From the human T2T-CHM13v2.0 reference genome, Homo sapiens, in assembly GCF_009914755.1 (NCBI RefSeq), contig NC_060932.1: a stretch of DNA of 64,000 nt, one strand, 5' to 3'. The notes beneath the pieces were generated by a model. The model saw nothing but the letters and a program-made list of their open reading frames with translations, was not told the DNA's origin and did not search any database. Position numbers and translations under genes: made by a program. How positions within the stretch are numbered: position 1 is the stretch's first letter; the number at the start of each line of letters is the position of its first letter. Below, in pieces: positions 40,815 to 53,309 of the stretch.

Positions 40815-41160
40815 TCATGCATACACGCATTCATTCACTTAACATGTATGAAGGACCAACACATGCCAGACAATGGGGCTACAATGGTGAAGAAGACTCT
40901 TTCTAGATCCTCAGGAATCTTACAGCCTTGTCTGCGCATGTGGGTAATAAGATGTGCAGTTAAGATGGTGTGATCAGCTTTGTTAACAGAAGTATGAATA
41001 AAATATGAATGAGGAACCAATTATCTGCCTGCCCCCCAATCCCATCCCAGAGGGAAGGCTTTACAAAGCAGGGGTCCTTTGAGTTGGGCTTTACAGAAGA
41101 GGAAGTGAATGATTAGTAAACCAAGGGTAGGAGGAGGGAAATGGCTTGCTCTTCCAGGCT
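40815..41160 (-). mobile_element. L2 3' fragment
   Basis: cattcattcacttaacatgtatgaagg...tgccagacaatggggctacaatggtgaa. Confidence 0.75.
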
Positions 41161-41379
41161 CTGAATCAGAAACAACCACGAAACTTTCCAAGTTTATTGT
41201 TCAAGAGGTGATTATTGCAGAACGCCATTCCTGGTCCAGATTATTCTCTACTATAATTGTCTCACGTTCCCTGTTGTGCACCTACACAAATGCAATGGCA
41301 GAAATGGAGGATTTCTCTCATATCTCAATGTGGAAAATTTAGATGGTGAAAAGGAAAAAAAGAGCAAGCTCCCAACTTC

Positions 41380-41570
41380 TTGGAATTTTAAGACCTCAGT
41401 TCAAAACTGCTACTGATTTTACTGTGTGACTCTAGGCATGTCACATAACCTCTCTGTGCTTCAGTTTTATTACCTGTAAAGCAGAGATGAGATGATCTCA
41501 CAAGACTGTTCTGTGAACAGAGAAAAGGATCTATATAAAAACATTTTAAAACTCGAATGTACTATTATTT
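41380..41570 (+). mobile_element. MIR SINE
   Basis: ctgtgtgactctaggcatgtcacataacctctctgtgcttcagtttt. Confidence 0.8.
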
Positions 41571-41764
41571 TCATCGGCAATCATGCCACCTTTATTCAGT
41601 TAGCAGCTCAGTCTGGGAAGCCACTGCTCAAGATACTTGGCAAGTATTAAACAGTGAGAAAATCAGCCCTAATTGGCAGCCCTGCTTAACGACTGACATT
41701 CAAATGACTCCAGAAAAATACTCTTGTTCCTAAGCTTAAAGTCTACAGAATTGCCCTTTCTTTT

Positions 41765-41925
41765 CCAAAGCTTGCTTTTCACACTGCACATAAATATCTG
41801 GGGATCTCTTTAAAATACAGATTCTGATTCAGCAGGTCTGACGAGGAGGCTCAGATTCAGCATTCTGAAGATGCTCCCAGGTCATACTGATGCTGCTGGT
41901 CCCCATTCCCCAGTGTGAGTAGCAA
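41765..41925. mobile_element. MER5A hAT-Charlie MITE
   Basis: aaaatacagattctgattcagcaggtctg...gctcccaggtcatactgatgctgctggtcc. Confidence 0.85.
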
Positions 41926-42464
41926 AAAATGGATTCACCAAGGCTTTCCAAATCAATAAGTGGTTGCCCCACCAGGTAAGACTGGATTCAATCACCCAAC
42001 TGAGGCAGCATTTTAATTTCTGGCTCTTTTCTAACTTCCAACATCCATCGCTCATGCCCCAGCAAACCACTTCCTGAAACCAAACTGCCTCATGACATAT
42101 TAAATCAGCCTTCAGTCACAGAGGTGACAAGACGTGCTCAGGCTCAACCCAGCTTAGAATGACAGTACAAGGTCCAATTCTGACAGCAGGGCCAAAAGTA
42201 GTAAGTAAGGATTCCCCCACCCCCACCACAATCAGCCCCAGAGCTGGCTGGAGGGATTTCCAAATCAGCTTTGCACACTATAGCCTCAAGGGTCACCATC
42301 TACCACTCAACAATGGGTCATTTTCTTTAGATTATTTTCACAAATGACCATCTATCTCATGAGGCTACAAATGTTTCTTGTGTGAAGGACCCCATGTCCC
42401 CTATTGTCCAGCACAAGGCTAGGTGCTCAAATATCTGTAAAAAATAAGTACAAAGGGAGAAAAG

Positions 42465-42570
42465 AAATCAATGACTCACCAACATTTACTGAATGTGCAC
42501 CATGTGCCTTGCAATGGCCTGGCTGCTGAGGGAGCAACAATGAATAAAACAGACTTTCCTCCTGCCACTA
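42465..42570 (-). mobile_element. L2 3' end
   Basis: tcaccaacatttactgaatgtgcaccatgtgcc...atgaataaaacagac. Confidence 0.7.
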
Positions 42571-42700
42571 ATGCAATTTGAGCCTCTATGTAAGAGCCAA
42601 ATACTCTGCTAATGTTTTACCTACATTATCACACTTCTCAATTCTCACAATAATCTTACGTAATAGGTATTATACCCACATTTTGCAGATGAGAAAATGG
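42570..42700 (-). mobile_element. MIR fragment
   Basis: aattctcacaataatc...taggtattatacccacattttgcagatgagaaaa. Confidence 0.75.
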
Positions 42701-43044
42701 GACAAAACAAGCAACGTTCCATACGAAGAAACAATGGCTGGTATACTAAGTCTTCTCCGTTAATCAACCAGAGAGAGAGGGCATTTCCATCCAATAACCA
42801 AAATGAACTATAGCCTTTCAACCACTTTCACCACAAGAACAGTTCTGTGACTTGGAACTAGTTCTCGATGTACTCATAAGACTTTCGAGGTTACTTACAT
42901 GAAGTATTTGGTAATGAGTTCTGAATGAGGGTAATGCCACGGAGCGTCAGAAAGGTGACACTGATTTCCCCTGGTGTACAGTCACCTCCTCTGTATCCCA
43001 TAAAGCCCAGCCTTCACTCTGGCCATTCAACATATACAGGTGAG

Positions 43045-43260
43045 AAGTGTGATACAGTAGAAATAACATGAGCTGGACAGACCTGGGTTTGAATCCCAGA
43101 TCGACTACATGTCCAGCTGCACAGTGACCTTTAACTCTCTCTGCACCTACACAATGGGGACAGCAATAGCACCTTCATGCAGTCAGAAAGATGAATGAGA
43201 TAATACATCTAAAGTATGTTTAAGTGTCCAACACACAGTGGACTTACACAAATCTAAGTT
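43045..43260 (+). mobile_element. MIR SINE
   Basis: gacagacctgggtttgaatcccag...atgaatgagataatacatctaaag. Confidence 0.8.
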
Positions 43261-43607
43261 CTCTTCTCCCTTACTGGGGTTACTGCTTTGCTCCTGCAGT
43301 GGGAAAAGCATCAAGAGTCACAAGTCTTTCTCTTGGCTAATGAAAACAGAGAATTATTTTAACTCCAGTAAAGTCAACAAAAGGCCAATTCTAGCAGCCA
43401 TTTAAAGTCACAGTCCAATTACTGAGGCAAATTACAAATGACTCTTTGGTTTAACTTGGAAGAAAACAGAAGCCATTAAAAAGATAGTAAGATGCCTTCT
43501 TTTTAAAATTAACATGTCTGGAAGTAAAAAAGATGAACAAAGCCAATTTACAGGAATGTGGACAGGGTTGTTGGATTAACAGCGAGAGGAATAATAAAAA
43601 TGTCCTA

Positions 43608-43916
<309 letters not shown>

Positions 43917-44009
43917 GTCCTAAATTCTCTCCCAGATAAGTTTAAAACTCTGAAGATAGTAACTCTTTTTTTTTTTTCTTCAAAGACTATCACATTGATT
44001 AGCCAGGAG

Positions 44010-44230
44010 CCACCAATGGAAAGAGCAGTAGTTCCTGAATCAAGACAGAGAGCTAGGTTCAAGTCAGTTCTGGCACTTACTGGCTGTATGACAAAAATCC
44101 TTCACTTCACTTTCCACAGCTGTAAAACAGGGATACGGGATAATAATACCTAGTTATTGTGAGGTTTATATGAGATAATGTTTATGAAACATCTAGCAAA
44201 AAGTAAGCACACAATGTAGCTGTTAATTAC
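44010..44230 (+). mobile_element. MIR SINE
   Basis: cacttactggctgtatgac...ctgtaaaacaggg...gttattgtgaggtttatatgagataatg. Confidence 0.8.
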
Positions 44231-45744
44231 ATGTGACTGATGCTGGAAGGCCTTAACCCAGGAGCAGAAAAGCTTTGCAGAAAGCTTTTACCATAAGCTG
44301 CAACTGTATGATGTGCATGAGGTGGACTTAATGCTGGGCTCTAACTTGGGCTGCCACTGGTTTCAGAAAGGTTCCTAAAAATAGCATGAAGCTGTGGCAC
44401 AAGATTTTTTTTTTCCTATCAATCCCTAACTAGGATTCATGGAGATATCAGAAATCTTTTTGGACCAGATCTTAGCTATGCTACATTTCAAAGTTAAATC
44501 TTAAGTATAGGAGCTGCGCTATATTAAAAAGGAAACAAAAAAATTTATGATATCCCATCATCTTTGCCTCTCAAAGCCCCTTCCTTTTAGCACCCAGAAT
44601 GCCACCCAATTAAAGGGATGTCTAGATTCTTGTGTAATGAGTAAAAAGCCTGCCTTGCTCACCTCTGAAACCCCAGCCAAGTGGAATTTACTGGGAACTG
44701 GTCACACTTGTCAGCTGCATAGTGACCTTTAACTCTCTCTGCACCTAGCTCATCACTGTTCAGAAGAAACAGAGACCTAGGGAGGCCCGACCTTCCTTAT
44801 GAGTCTTGCTTAGGGTACTAGCTTCTGAAAGGACAAGACAGTCCCCACTCTGGGGATGATGTTTCTTGCTAAACAGAGGTTTACCTGGTTGAACACCAGA
44901 AAAAGTAGATGTTTGCATTTGGGTGCTTCTCTGTATGAAGGACAGGTATTCTCTGTTCATGAGAGTCACCTCAGCTCCACGAAAACCTTGTTCAACAAAG
45001 GCACACAGAGCTCGGGCCACTGGAGGAAGCAGCAAGCACCCTGATGTCATGCTTACTCCAGGGCAAAACTCTGTGGAGGGATTGGTAAGCAGGGGTCCCT
45101 GTGCTATTTAAATTATCTCCACCTGCTACTTCCCTTTTTTTTTTTTTTTTCCCATTTGCTAAGCCCATGTTTTGCCCTGCTGAGGAGCAGCTAGAGATTT
45201 ATCATTCATTACATGATACTTCCTTCTGGCCCTCACATATTTAACCTCCTTCAACCTCAGATCCTGCATCAAGGAAGAATTCACAGCTCTGTGCCACAGA
45301 ATTAATTTCTTCTGGCTTTTCCCCCTTTCTTTTTAACCATTCATCCAGCTCTACAGAGCACAAGGCCGACTACAGAATTAGTTTAAAAGAAAAAAAAAAA
45401 ATTAAGCTACTTTCCAAGCAGGTAAAATTTGCTTTTACATATTTTCTATCTCTTTCTCTGCTTCAGGCCCTTGTAAACATCTAAGGCTGAAGCCCTCTCC
45501 CTGGCCAGGGGTTCTTATTTACTTTTTCACAGTCTGGTAGCTTTCAAGTTTAACTGTCTTTTTTGGGGGGCTAAGTGGATGAGAGAGGTAAGAGTTCCCA
45601 CCTATTAGAAGGGCAGAGACAAAGAATCCCACACTCCTGAAATTTCATTAAAAAACTGATACCAGGGCAACTGATGGTAGACAGCTGTGTGGGGGGTTAA
45701 ATCTATGGTTTGGGAAACTGTAGTAAAAGGACAGCGAATAATAA

Positions 45745-46190
45745 TCTAATTTAAGCATAGTTACCATCAACTATGGGCCAGGCGCTGCACTGGTTTTTAA
45801 AAAATATATTATCTTTTAAAATCTGAAGTCTAATTGTGGTTGTCCCACTGCCTGTGGGAGATTAGTTCGTCTCCCCCCATGCATCAAAATCTGTGTATAC
45901 TCAAGTCCCGTAGTCGGCCCTGCAGAACCTGAGGGTACAGAAAGTCAACCTTCCTTATAAGTAGGTTTTGCATCCTGCAAATACTGCATTTTCAATCCAC
46001 GTTTGGCTGAAGAAAATCCACATATAAGTGGACCAGCACAGTTCACACCTGTGGCTGTTCAAGGGTCAACTAAGTATGACTGCTCCTATTTCACTGATGA
46101 GAAAATGAAGGCCTTGCATGCCCAGTGGCCAAGAAGCAGACCTGGGACTCAAACCCAATCTGATTCCACAGCCCAGGCTTCCACCTGCTG
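45745..46190 (-). mobile_element. MIR split by MER8
   Basis: actatgggccaggcgctg before MER8; cctatttcactgatgagaaaatgaaggc...ctgggactcaaaccca after it. Confidence 0.7.
45837..46072. mobile_element. MER8 (TcMar-Tigger MITE)
   Basis: tactcaagtcccgtagtcggccctgcagaacc...tataagtggacc...tgttcaagggtcaact. Confidence 0.88.
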
Positions 46191-46589
46191 GCCTGTAATC
46201 TACAGAAGTGCAGGACGACTATCTCCCATCACAATAAAACCCCCAGAACCTCTCAGAGTCCTACTGCTCCCTGCCACTCACCAAGTGGCTTAAGAAGGGG
46301 GAATTTAGGTTCTGAGTCCACTGCTGTCAGAGACAAAGAAAACAAAGCGGGGGGGCGGGGAGCAGAGGTAGAGCTGGAAGACAATGTTCACACTGTTCCT
46401 TCTGGAGAGGCCCATTGCCTTAAAGGAAGGGTGCACCCAAAATCAGCCTTGATTTATTTAACTGCCACATTTTAGACTAACTCACTGCTGCTGAAAAGGA
46501 GTGGGAAAAGTAAAACTGGCAAAGTGACATGCTCTTGTAGCTAAATTGGCCAGAGAGGCCATTGTCTGGCCCAAAGAATCACATAACTG

Positions 46590-46735
46590 GGAGCTGAAAC
46601 ATCTGGGTTCCAGTCCCAATTCTCTGTGGGAGTCCAGGCAAATCACTTCCCTTCTTTGAATCCCCATGTCTTCATTGCTAAACATGGGTGTTGGATGGGA
46701 TAAAACTTAAGGAATCATTCTGCTCTAACATTTTT
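46590..46735 (+). mobile_element. MIR3 fragment
   Basis: ctgggttccagtccc...ggcaaatcacttccctt. Confidence 0.65.
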
Positions 46736-47014
46736 GGCCTCTAGGGTGCAAAATAAATGACAAATAGCTAGTTGACAAGTATGGATACTGCACAACCAAT
46801 CCAACACTTTAGCCCAGTGTCTGGGAGCCAAGGGAAGCATGAGAAACCTGTAATGGTGTCCATATCCACAAACATGCTTTGATTAGTAGGAAGCTAATAC
46901 ACATCTTTTCAACATGATGTACAACATAGATGAAGACTCCAAATGGCAGACAGGCAGGACAAGCCCTCATTTTCAAGGGTTGAAAATCACTCCTGCCCTG
47001 AGACAGAAGGCATG

Positions 47015-47660
47015 GGTTAAATATTTCCTGAATCCCTATCTTTGCTAGCTCCATCCCATCTCCTCTTCGAGGCCAGGCCACCAATAGCTCTCACTGGGTC
47101 ATGTCTACAAACACTGTTACCTTTCATTTATGCTTTCCCTCTCCAATCCATTCTCCACACTGCAGTCACAATGGTCCTTCTAAAAAGCAAATCAGAGCAT
47201 GCCAATCCTTTGCTTCAAACCCTAAAGGCTTTCCATGCCTTTCCAAGATAAGCCCCCCATCTTTCCAGGCTCATTACCGTTCTTGTTCCCCATTATCCTT
47301 TAGCTATAACATACATCTTTTACTTCCTCAAAAGTGGCAGGTTCTCTCCCACCTCTATCCCTCTGATCTCAGTTGAGGTGCCACTTCCTCTGGACATCCT
47401 TCTTTGACTCGGGAGACAAGGCTGGGTGCCCTGCCATGGTCTCCCAGAACCTCTGCACTAACTCCATCACAGCACTGACCACACTCCACTGTAAACTCCT
47501 GTTTATTCATATGTCTGCCCGACCAGATTACAGGTATTAGGGCGGCAGAAAACACATCTGTCTTGTAGTCAATTGCATCCTAGCAGCTAGCAAAGTGCTT
47601 GGAACATAGCATGTACTTTCGAAACACAAATAAACAAACATCCTTATTAACGAAATGAAT
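47015..47660 (+). mobile_element. L2 3' fragment
   Basis: ctccaatccattctccacactgcag...tctaaaaagcaaatcagagcatg...agtgcttggaacatag. Confidence 0.85.
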
Positions 47661-48736
47661 GGCCTCTTACCTAAGAGGACTGTGGAAAGTGGGTAAAGAA
47701 GACAAGCTAAATGGGGAGGTGAAAAAAGGGAAGGAATAAGCTGGATGCCCGTGTGTCCGTGCCTCTGCAGGTCTGCCCAGAGGCTAGGATGAGTACACAA
47801 GCGGATAACAGTGGCAACGACAGAGGCTGTGAAGCGTTCAAGGGCAAGCTGTGCCCTGTGCTTTGTGCAGATGTGCCCACTCTACATTCTGTGGAGCCCA
47901 GGGAAACTGAAAAAAACAGTTACTTATGTTTCTAATGTTTGGAGATGTTGGCAACAGAACACTGTTTTAATGCTACACGTATGCACAGGGAATACAAAAG
48001 GTAAAAAAGTAGGTCACAAATAAACTCAGCAATACTAGTAACTGGACATCACTAACAAATTGTGTCTACTGCCGTCTTGGTTGTATGCCCAACACTATAT
48101 GGCACAGTACCTTTCTCATCCTCATCCCCTTTTTAAAGGATGCATCTCCATGCAGGCTGTCAGCTAGGAAACGATGATATACATGTTTAGTTGCTATACT
48201 ATTGAGATGGATTCTGCTATCATTCTCCATAAATTGTGACAAGATAGAGAGACTAAGTGTTGCAATTCAACAGTAAGGAAAAATGCAAAATAATTTAGAA
48301 TTTAAAGAAACAGAGAGATCAAGAAGACAAAAATCAGCAGAAACTTTCCAGCACAGAGTTAAGTGAGTTCAAAATCCAAAGGAATAACAACAAAGGCAAT
48401 TCAGAGGAGAAAAATAAATTCCTATAAAAATATATTTTAAAACATTACATTTCAAGATCAGAAATAATGTGCTTCAGAGAAACAATGAAAAACATCAAGA
48501 TAAAATAGTATAAATAGATGAGGTGGCTATTTTCTTCATACAAATCTTCGTGGTGGACTGGAAAACCACTAAGGGATGGAGGGACTGTGAAATGAGCCAC
48601 ATATGCAGGATATGGAAGTTAATTAAACAAGGAGTCAGGCAGTTTCTTGAAAAGCAATTTAGCCAAAACAAAAGACGAAAAACAAACAAGCTATTAACAC
48701 ATACAGTTTCTTGGCCAAACAAGAAGTAAAAGAAAA

Positions 48737-48738
<2 letters not shown>

Positions 48739-48809
<71 letters not shown>

Positions 48810-48818
48810 GCGAGCGAG
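48739..48818. repeat. Tripartite microsatellite (AC)17(AG)13(CGAG)5
   Basis: Direct reading. Confidence 0.97.
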
Positions 48819-49071
48819 CAGTCAATACAAAAGGCTTCTAAGGTCCCAGAATTTCACAGTGATCAGGCCATGAGAATGGGGAACAACAGATAAGGCTTTC
48901 AACCTTAAGTGTGGTAATTTAAAATCAAACCAAACAAGACATCTAAATGAATTCACTCTGTCACATGTTTCTTCTTTTAATAAGAGGATAATATTTTTAC
49001 ACTACTGCTGTTTTTTAATTTTTTCAAGGTAAAAACTCTCTGCCTTGTGTAGCTGGTATAACCATATTGTG

Positions 49072-49234
49072 GAAGTTCTCAGTTCTAGCAGCACACTGGA
49101 ATCACCTGGCAGCTTTAAAACACTGCTGCCTAGACCCCTCCCCCAGAGTTTCTGATTTAATTGTCTAGGATGTGGCCTAGATTTTTAAGAGTTTCTAGCA
49201 TGATTCTAACACACAGCCAAGGTAGAGAACCACA
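49072..49234. mobile_element. MER5A/MER5A1 MITE
   Basis: cactggaatcacctgg...ccccagagtttctgatttaattg...gattctaacacacagccaaggtagagaaccac. Confidence 0.85.
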
Positions 49235-50189
49235 GTCACATCATTTCTTAGGCTAATAGTTCTCAACAGATAATGAAGTTGAAAGAACCTGAACTGGATT
49301 GGGAGATCAGAAAGCTGCACATTAATTTCTAAAAATAAAACATCTTTTTCTGCTTTATTACCTCCCTCCTTTCTAAACAACTGGATTCTTGAAAGCCCAG
49401 CACTGGGCTGGCTTCCTTTGGCCAAGAAAGAAGGAAGGAGACATCATCCAAATCTTTATCTGCTGCTCTCTGGACCAAGTTTCAGCAAAAGCACATCTGT
49501 CACAATGATGATTAATCTCTAAGAAGGGGGGCTCCCTGCACTTAAGGACCAGCAGAGGCCCTCCCTCATTGCCATCCTATGTCTGGAAGGCACATATTGC
49601 TATCGCTAAATCAAAACCTAGGCTGACAAAGCCATAATGGGGCTTCTTGGTGGAGAAATTCATTCCCTATGATGCATTTAAGGAGATGATGCCAAAAAGT
49701 CCATTAGTTCAGATGGTGTATGGGGACCCAGCATAAGCAGACGACATGAGAAATAGTACTTTATATTTTATCCAGACTATCCTAAAGATAAGTGGCTGGC
49801 ATAACCCATTAGGCTACCTTCCCCCACCTCTTAACTATTAAATGACATGTTGTACCAATGCCTGCTCTTTGAGAAAACCTCCTGCTTTCTTTATGTACAC
49901 TGAACATGGCAGCCTCCTTTATTCCACCCACAAACAAAACAGTGTGTTCTGAGAAACGATGGAAATCCTGAGGTGACTCTAATCCACATACACTGCTGCT
50001 CCTTCTGTTACCTAGTAGCATTTTAATGTAAATTGTGTTCTAGAATGCTCTAAAGGCATGGACTTCTGTAGCATGTTGTGTTCTCTGCCTTGTGCTTGGC
50101 ATATAGCTGCACTCCATATATAGTGGTTGAATGAATGAAAAAAGTCTGCCTATCTGAATAATCATGGCAGTGGTGTTTTTTTCTTGCTC

Positions 50190-50550
50190 TATTTCTTTAT
50201 ATATTGATTAAATATAAATCACATGTTCACTACCCAAAAAACCCCAATTGTCCTTAAACTCTAGCAACCAGAAATAACTAATGTAACCAGAAATATATCC
50301 TACAATATTTCCTTATAGGTACATAAAATGGGATCATCCTTTCTGTGTTGTTTTATATCATGCTGTTTTCCAGTTAATACAACACGACTGTCTTTCCATG
50401 TCAACAGATATGCATATGCATTGTTGTTGAGAGTATCTATTCGTAGATTTCATTAATGTTTACCACTAAGGATGTCTCATTCTTTCTGCAATTCTAAGTA
50501 AAGCTTGCATACAGGATAATCTTCAAAGAAGTAGAATGACTGGGTCAGAG
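50190..50550 (-). mobile_element. Old L1ME-like fragment
   Basis: cataaaatgggatcatcctt...tgctgttttccagttaata...tctttccatgtcaa. Confidence 0.55.
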
Positions 50551-51196
50551 TTGTAATGAGAAGACTGTAACCTCCACGATGGCAGGGGTGTCCCCAAAAT
50601 CTAGAGCCCAGAGCCTGCTACTTGGTAAGTACTCAACTACTAATATTCTCTGTGCTTTAAGAGTTAGCATTCCAAAAGGAGAGAAAGACAGGTAAATAGA
50701 TAATCTGCCTACAGCTATAGTCTAACATTAGGTATAATATCTGCATGCATGCAAAGACTCATACATTCTCTCATTTGCACAAATATTTGAAAAACCATGT
50801 ACAACTTTTCACCTTAATCAGTAAAAAGGCATTGATTGTCCAGTCTTTTATAAGAAAATTCTTGAAAGATTAAATAAACACAATGGAAACCAGCCAGGGC
50901 TGCTAAAAGAATAAATATTTTAGAAGGGGGTGAGTATGTCTATGGTGTGTACTGGAGGTTAAGGGGCTCGTTTTTTCACAGACACAGAAAATGTGGCACT
51001 GTGAACAGCTATCTCAAAGGCAGAAAGAGATGAGAGAGAAATGCTAAAAATGAAGAGGCAAAACTCCAAACAAATAAAAATTCTGGCTTTTAAACCAACA
51101 CGGCCAGCTGTTCTTCATGGCAAACAGGAAGAACAGATAGAGAGGGCAGGCCTCTAATGGGCACTGAAAAGAACAACCAAGTTCTTTATCCAGATC

Positions 51197-51215
51197 AGCT
51201 GCCATCTGCTGGGAG
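51197..51215 (-). promoter_or_regulatory. Candidate CTCF-binding motif
   Basis: Minus strand CCAGCAGATGGCAGC fits the CTCF core CCASYAGRKGGCRS, in non-repeat sequence. Confidence 0.4.
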
Positions 51216-51709
51216 CACTAGATTAATGGCCATAGAAAGAAGGCCAAAGGTGGCAGCCAAGCCCTGGAGAGACACCAGCTGAGGGGGAGGGGCACGTGGG
51301 GACATCTCAAGTTTCATTAGCTTCATTAAACAAACGGTTCTCTGGAGAAAAGAGGCTTTTGGTTCTGGGGCTAGGAGGAGCTGAATCACCAGAGGACATG
51401 TACCAATGTACCTTTATCTTCTGGTGCAATCACTTCTAAGGGGAGAAAACTATGAAGAAATAAGAACTCCAGAAGACAATCAGATGGAAAGTTCTTCTTC
51501 CTGTGGAAAGATCGTGTCTTCTCCTTCTTTGCTGTTTCTACAACATTGTAAGACCTGGTATGTACTCAAGAGAACTGAAATAAAAACAATTACAAGAAAT
51601 TTAAGTCACCACGGGAAAAAAAAGAGTACTCTGGTTTTTGTTTGGTTAAAAACCAAAGAATCCATACCTAAGGCAGAAGGGAAAACCACAAACACCTGGA
51701 GGTGCCTGT

Positions 51710-51920
51710 GTATGCTGAGCCTGGAGACAGAGGCTCCAGGTCTGAATCCTGGCTTTGGCCATTTACTAGCAGAATGACAGGAAGCATGCTAACATCTTAG
51801 ACTGTTTCTTCAGCTACAAAATGGAATTTGTATTACACCTTGCTCCTGGGGTTGCTGTAAGGCTGAGATTCTCCAACTATTCTAGCACAGCAAAACTATA
51901 AGTGTATGCCTAAAATACTT
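51710..51920 (+). mobile_element. MIR SINE
   Basis: ggtctgaatcctggctttggccatttactagc. Confidence 0.7.
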
Positions 51921-51949
51921 TCTTTATACTATTTAAGATATATTTAGAC

Positions 51950-52117
51950 TAGGGCTTTCTCAACCTCAAGCATTACTGATATTCTGAACTGGATGACTCT
52001 TTGTTGCGGGGGTCTCCTGTGTACTGCAGGGTGTTTAGTAGCATCTTTGCCCTCTGTCAACTAATTGCCAGTATCCCCTCTACCACTTAGTTGGTGACCA
52101 AAAAATGTTTCCAGAGA
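51950..52117 (+). mobile_element. MER20 hAT-Charlie MITE, 3' end missing
   Basis: ttctcaacctcaagcattactgatatt...ctctttgttgcggggg...gtgtttagtagcatc...gtgaccaaaaaatgtttccaga. Confidence 0.88.
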
Positions 52118-52755
52118 AGTAATCAAGATGTCCTTCATTACCTGAAAGGATAAACAAACTGTAGTGCTTCTGGACAATGGAATATTATTTTTATATTATT
52201 ATATAAAAAGAAATGACCTATCAAGCTGGGAAAAGACATGGAGGAACCTTAAATGCGTACTGCTAAGTGAAAAAAGTCAATCTGAAAAGGCTACATACTT
52301 TACTTTATGACTCTGACTATATGACATTCTGAAAAAGGCAAAACTATGTAGACAGCAAAAAGATCAGTGGTTGCCAGGGGTTTAGGATGAGGGAAGGAGA
52401 GACGACTAGGTGGACCACAGGAGATTTTTAGTGCTGCTAAAACTACTCTGATACAGTAACAGAGGATACATATCATCGCACATTTGTCAAATCCCTAGAA
52501 TGTACAACATAGAGTGAACTACACTATGAACTTACATTAGTGTGGCACCCTTGTCATGGTTAATGAATCAGTATCAATACATTATTATTAACTAATGTAA
52601 GATGTTATTACCTAATTATTAACTAATGGAAGATGTTAACAATAGGGAAAACCACAGTGGCAATGGTAGCAAAATGAGACGGTACATAAGAACTCTGGAC
52701 TTTTGGCTCGATTTTTCTGTAAATTTAAAACTGCTCTTTAAAAAAAAACTCTACA
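52118..52755 (+). mobile_element. L1MC1/2-like 3' end
   Basis: aaaagacatggaggaaccttaaatgcgtactgctaagtgaaa...tctgaaaaggctacatac...aaagatcagtggttgccagggg. Confidence 0.9.
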
Positions 52756-53309
52756 AATTGAATCATTCCATCTCCACTGAGAAACATGGATTAATGGAGT
52801 AGTCTTTTTTGCCTTTTTGGCTTAAAAAAAGAAACGGCTCCTAGATCTTATGTTAGAACTGATTATATATTATTTTTTTATACTGCCCGGAAAAGAACGC
52901 CTTGTATATTTTATGTTTCTGTTCCAGTTCTAAGTAGATATGAACACCTAATATCCAAAGAGTCATCTTTGAAAGTCTGACACATTCACCCTAAAAAAAG
53001 GAACATCATTTCCCCCCTCAATTGTTCTCTAAGTCTTCTATTGTAATACTAATATATTGAAAGAATAAAGATAAAAACAGTTTTAACCTATGAACCTGGT
53101 CAAGTCTAGCAGAGGCTCAAAGCCAACCTTCACGCATCTGCACTCCCTGAAACACGCTGTCCAATTTACGTTTACACAACCAATAGTCTTCTATGCATCT
53201 GCCCACCCCAGTGACAGTGGTTGTATGTGACAATCTCATGTTTAATTTCAACCTTGTTCAAATGTGTGATGTTTTCAATTTTACACAGGAAGTACATCAC
53301 CAACTAAAT

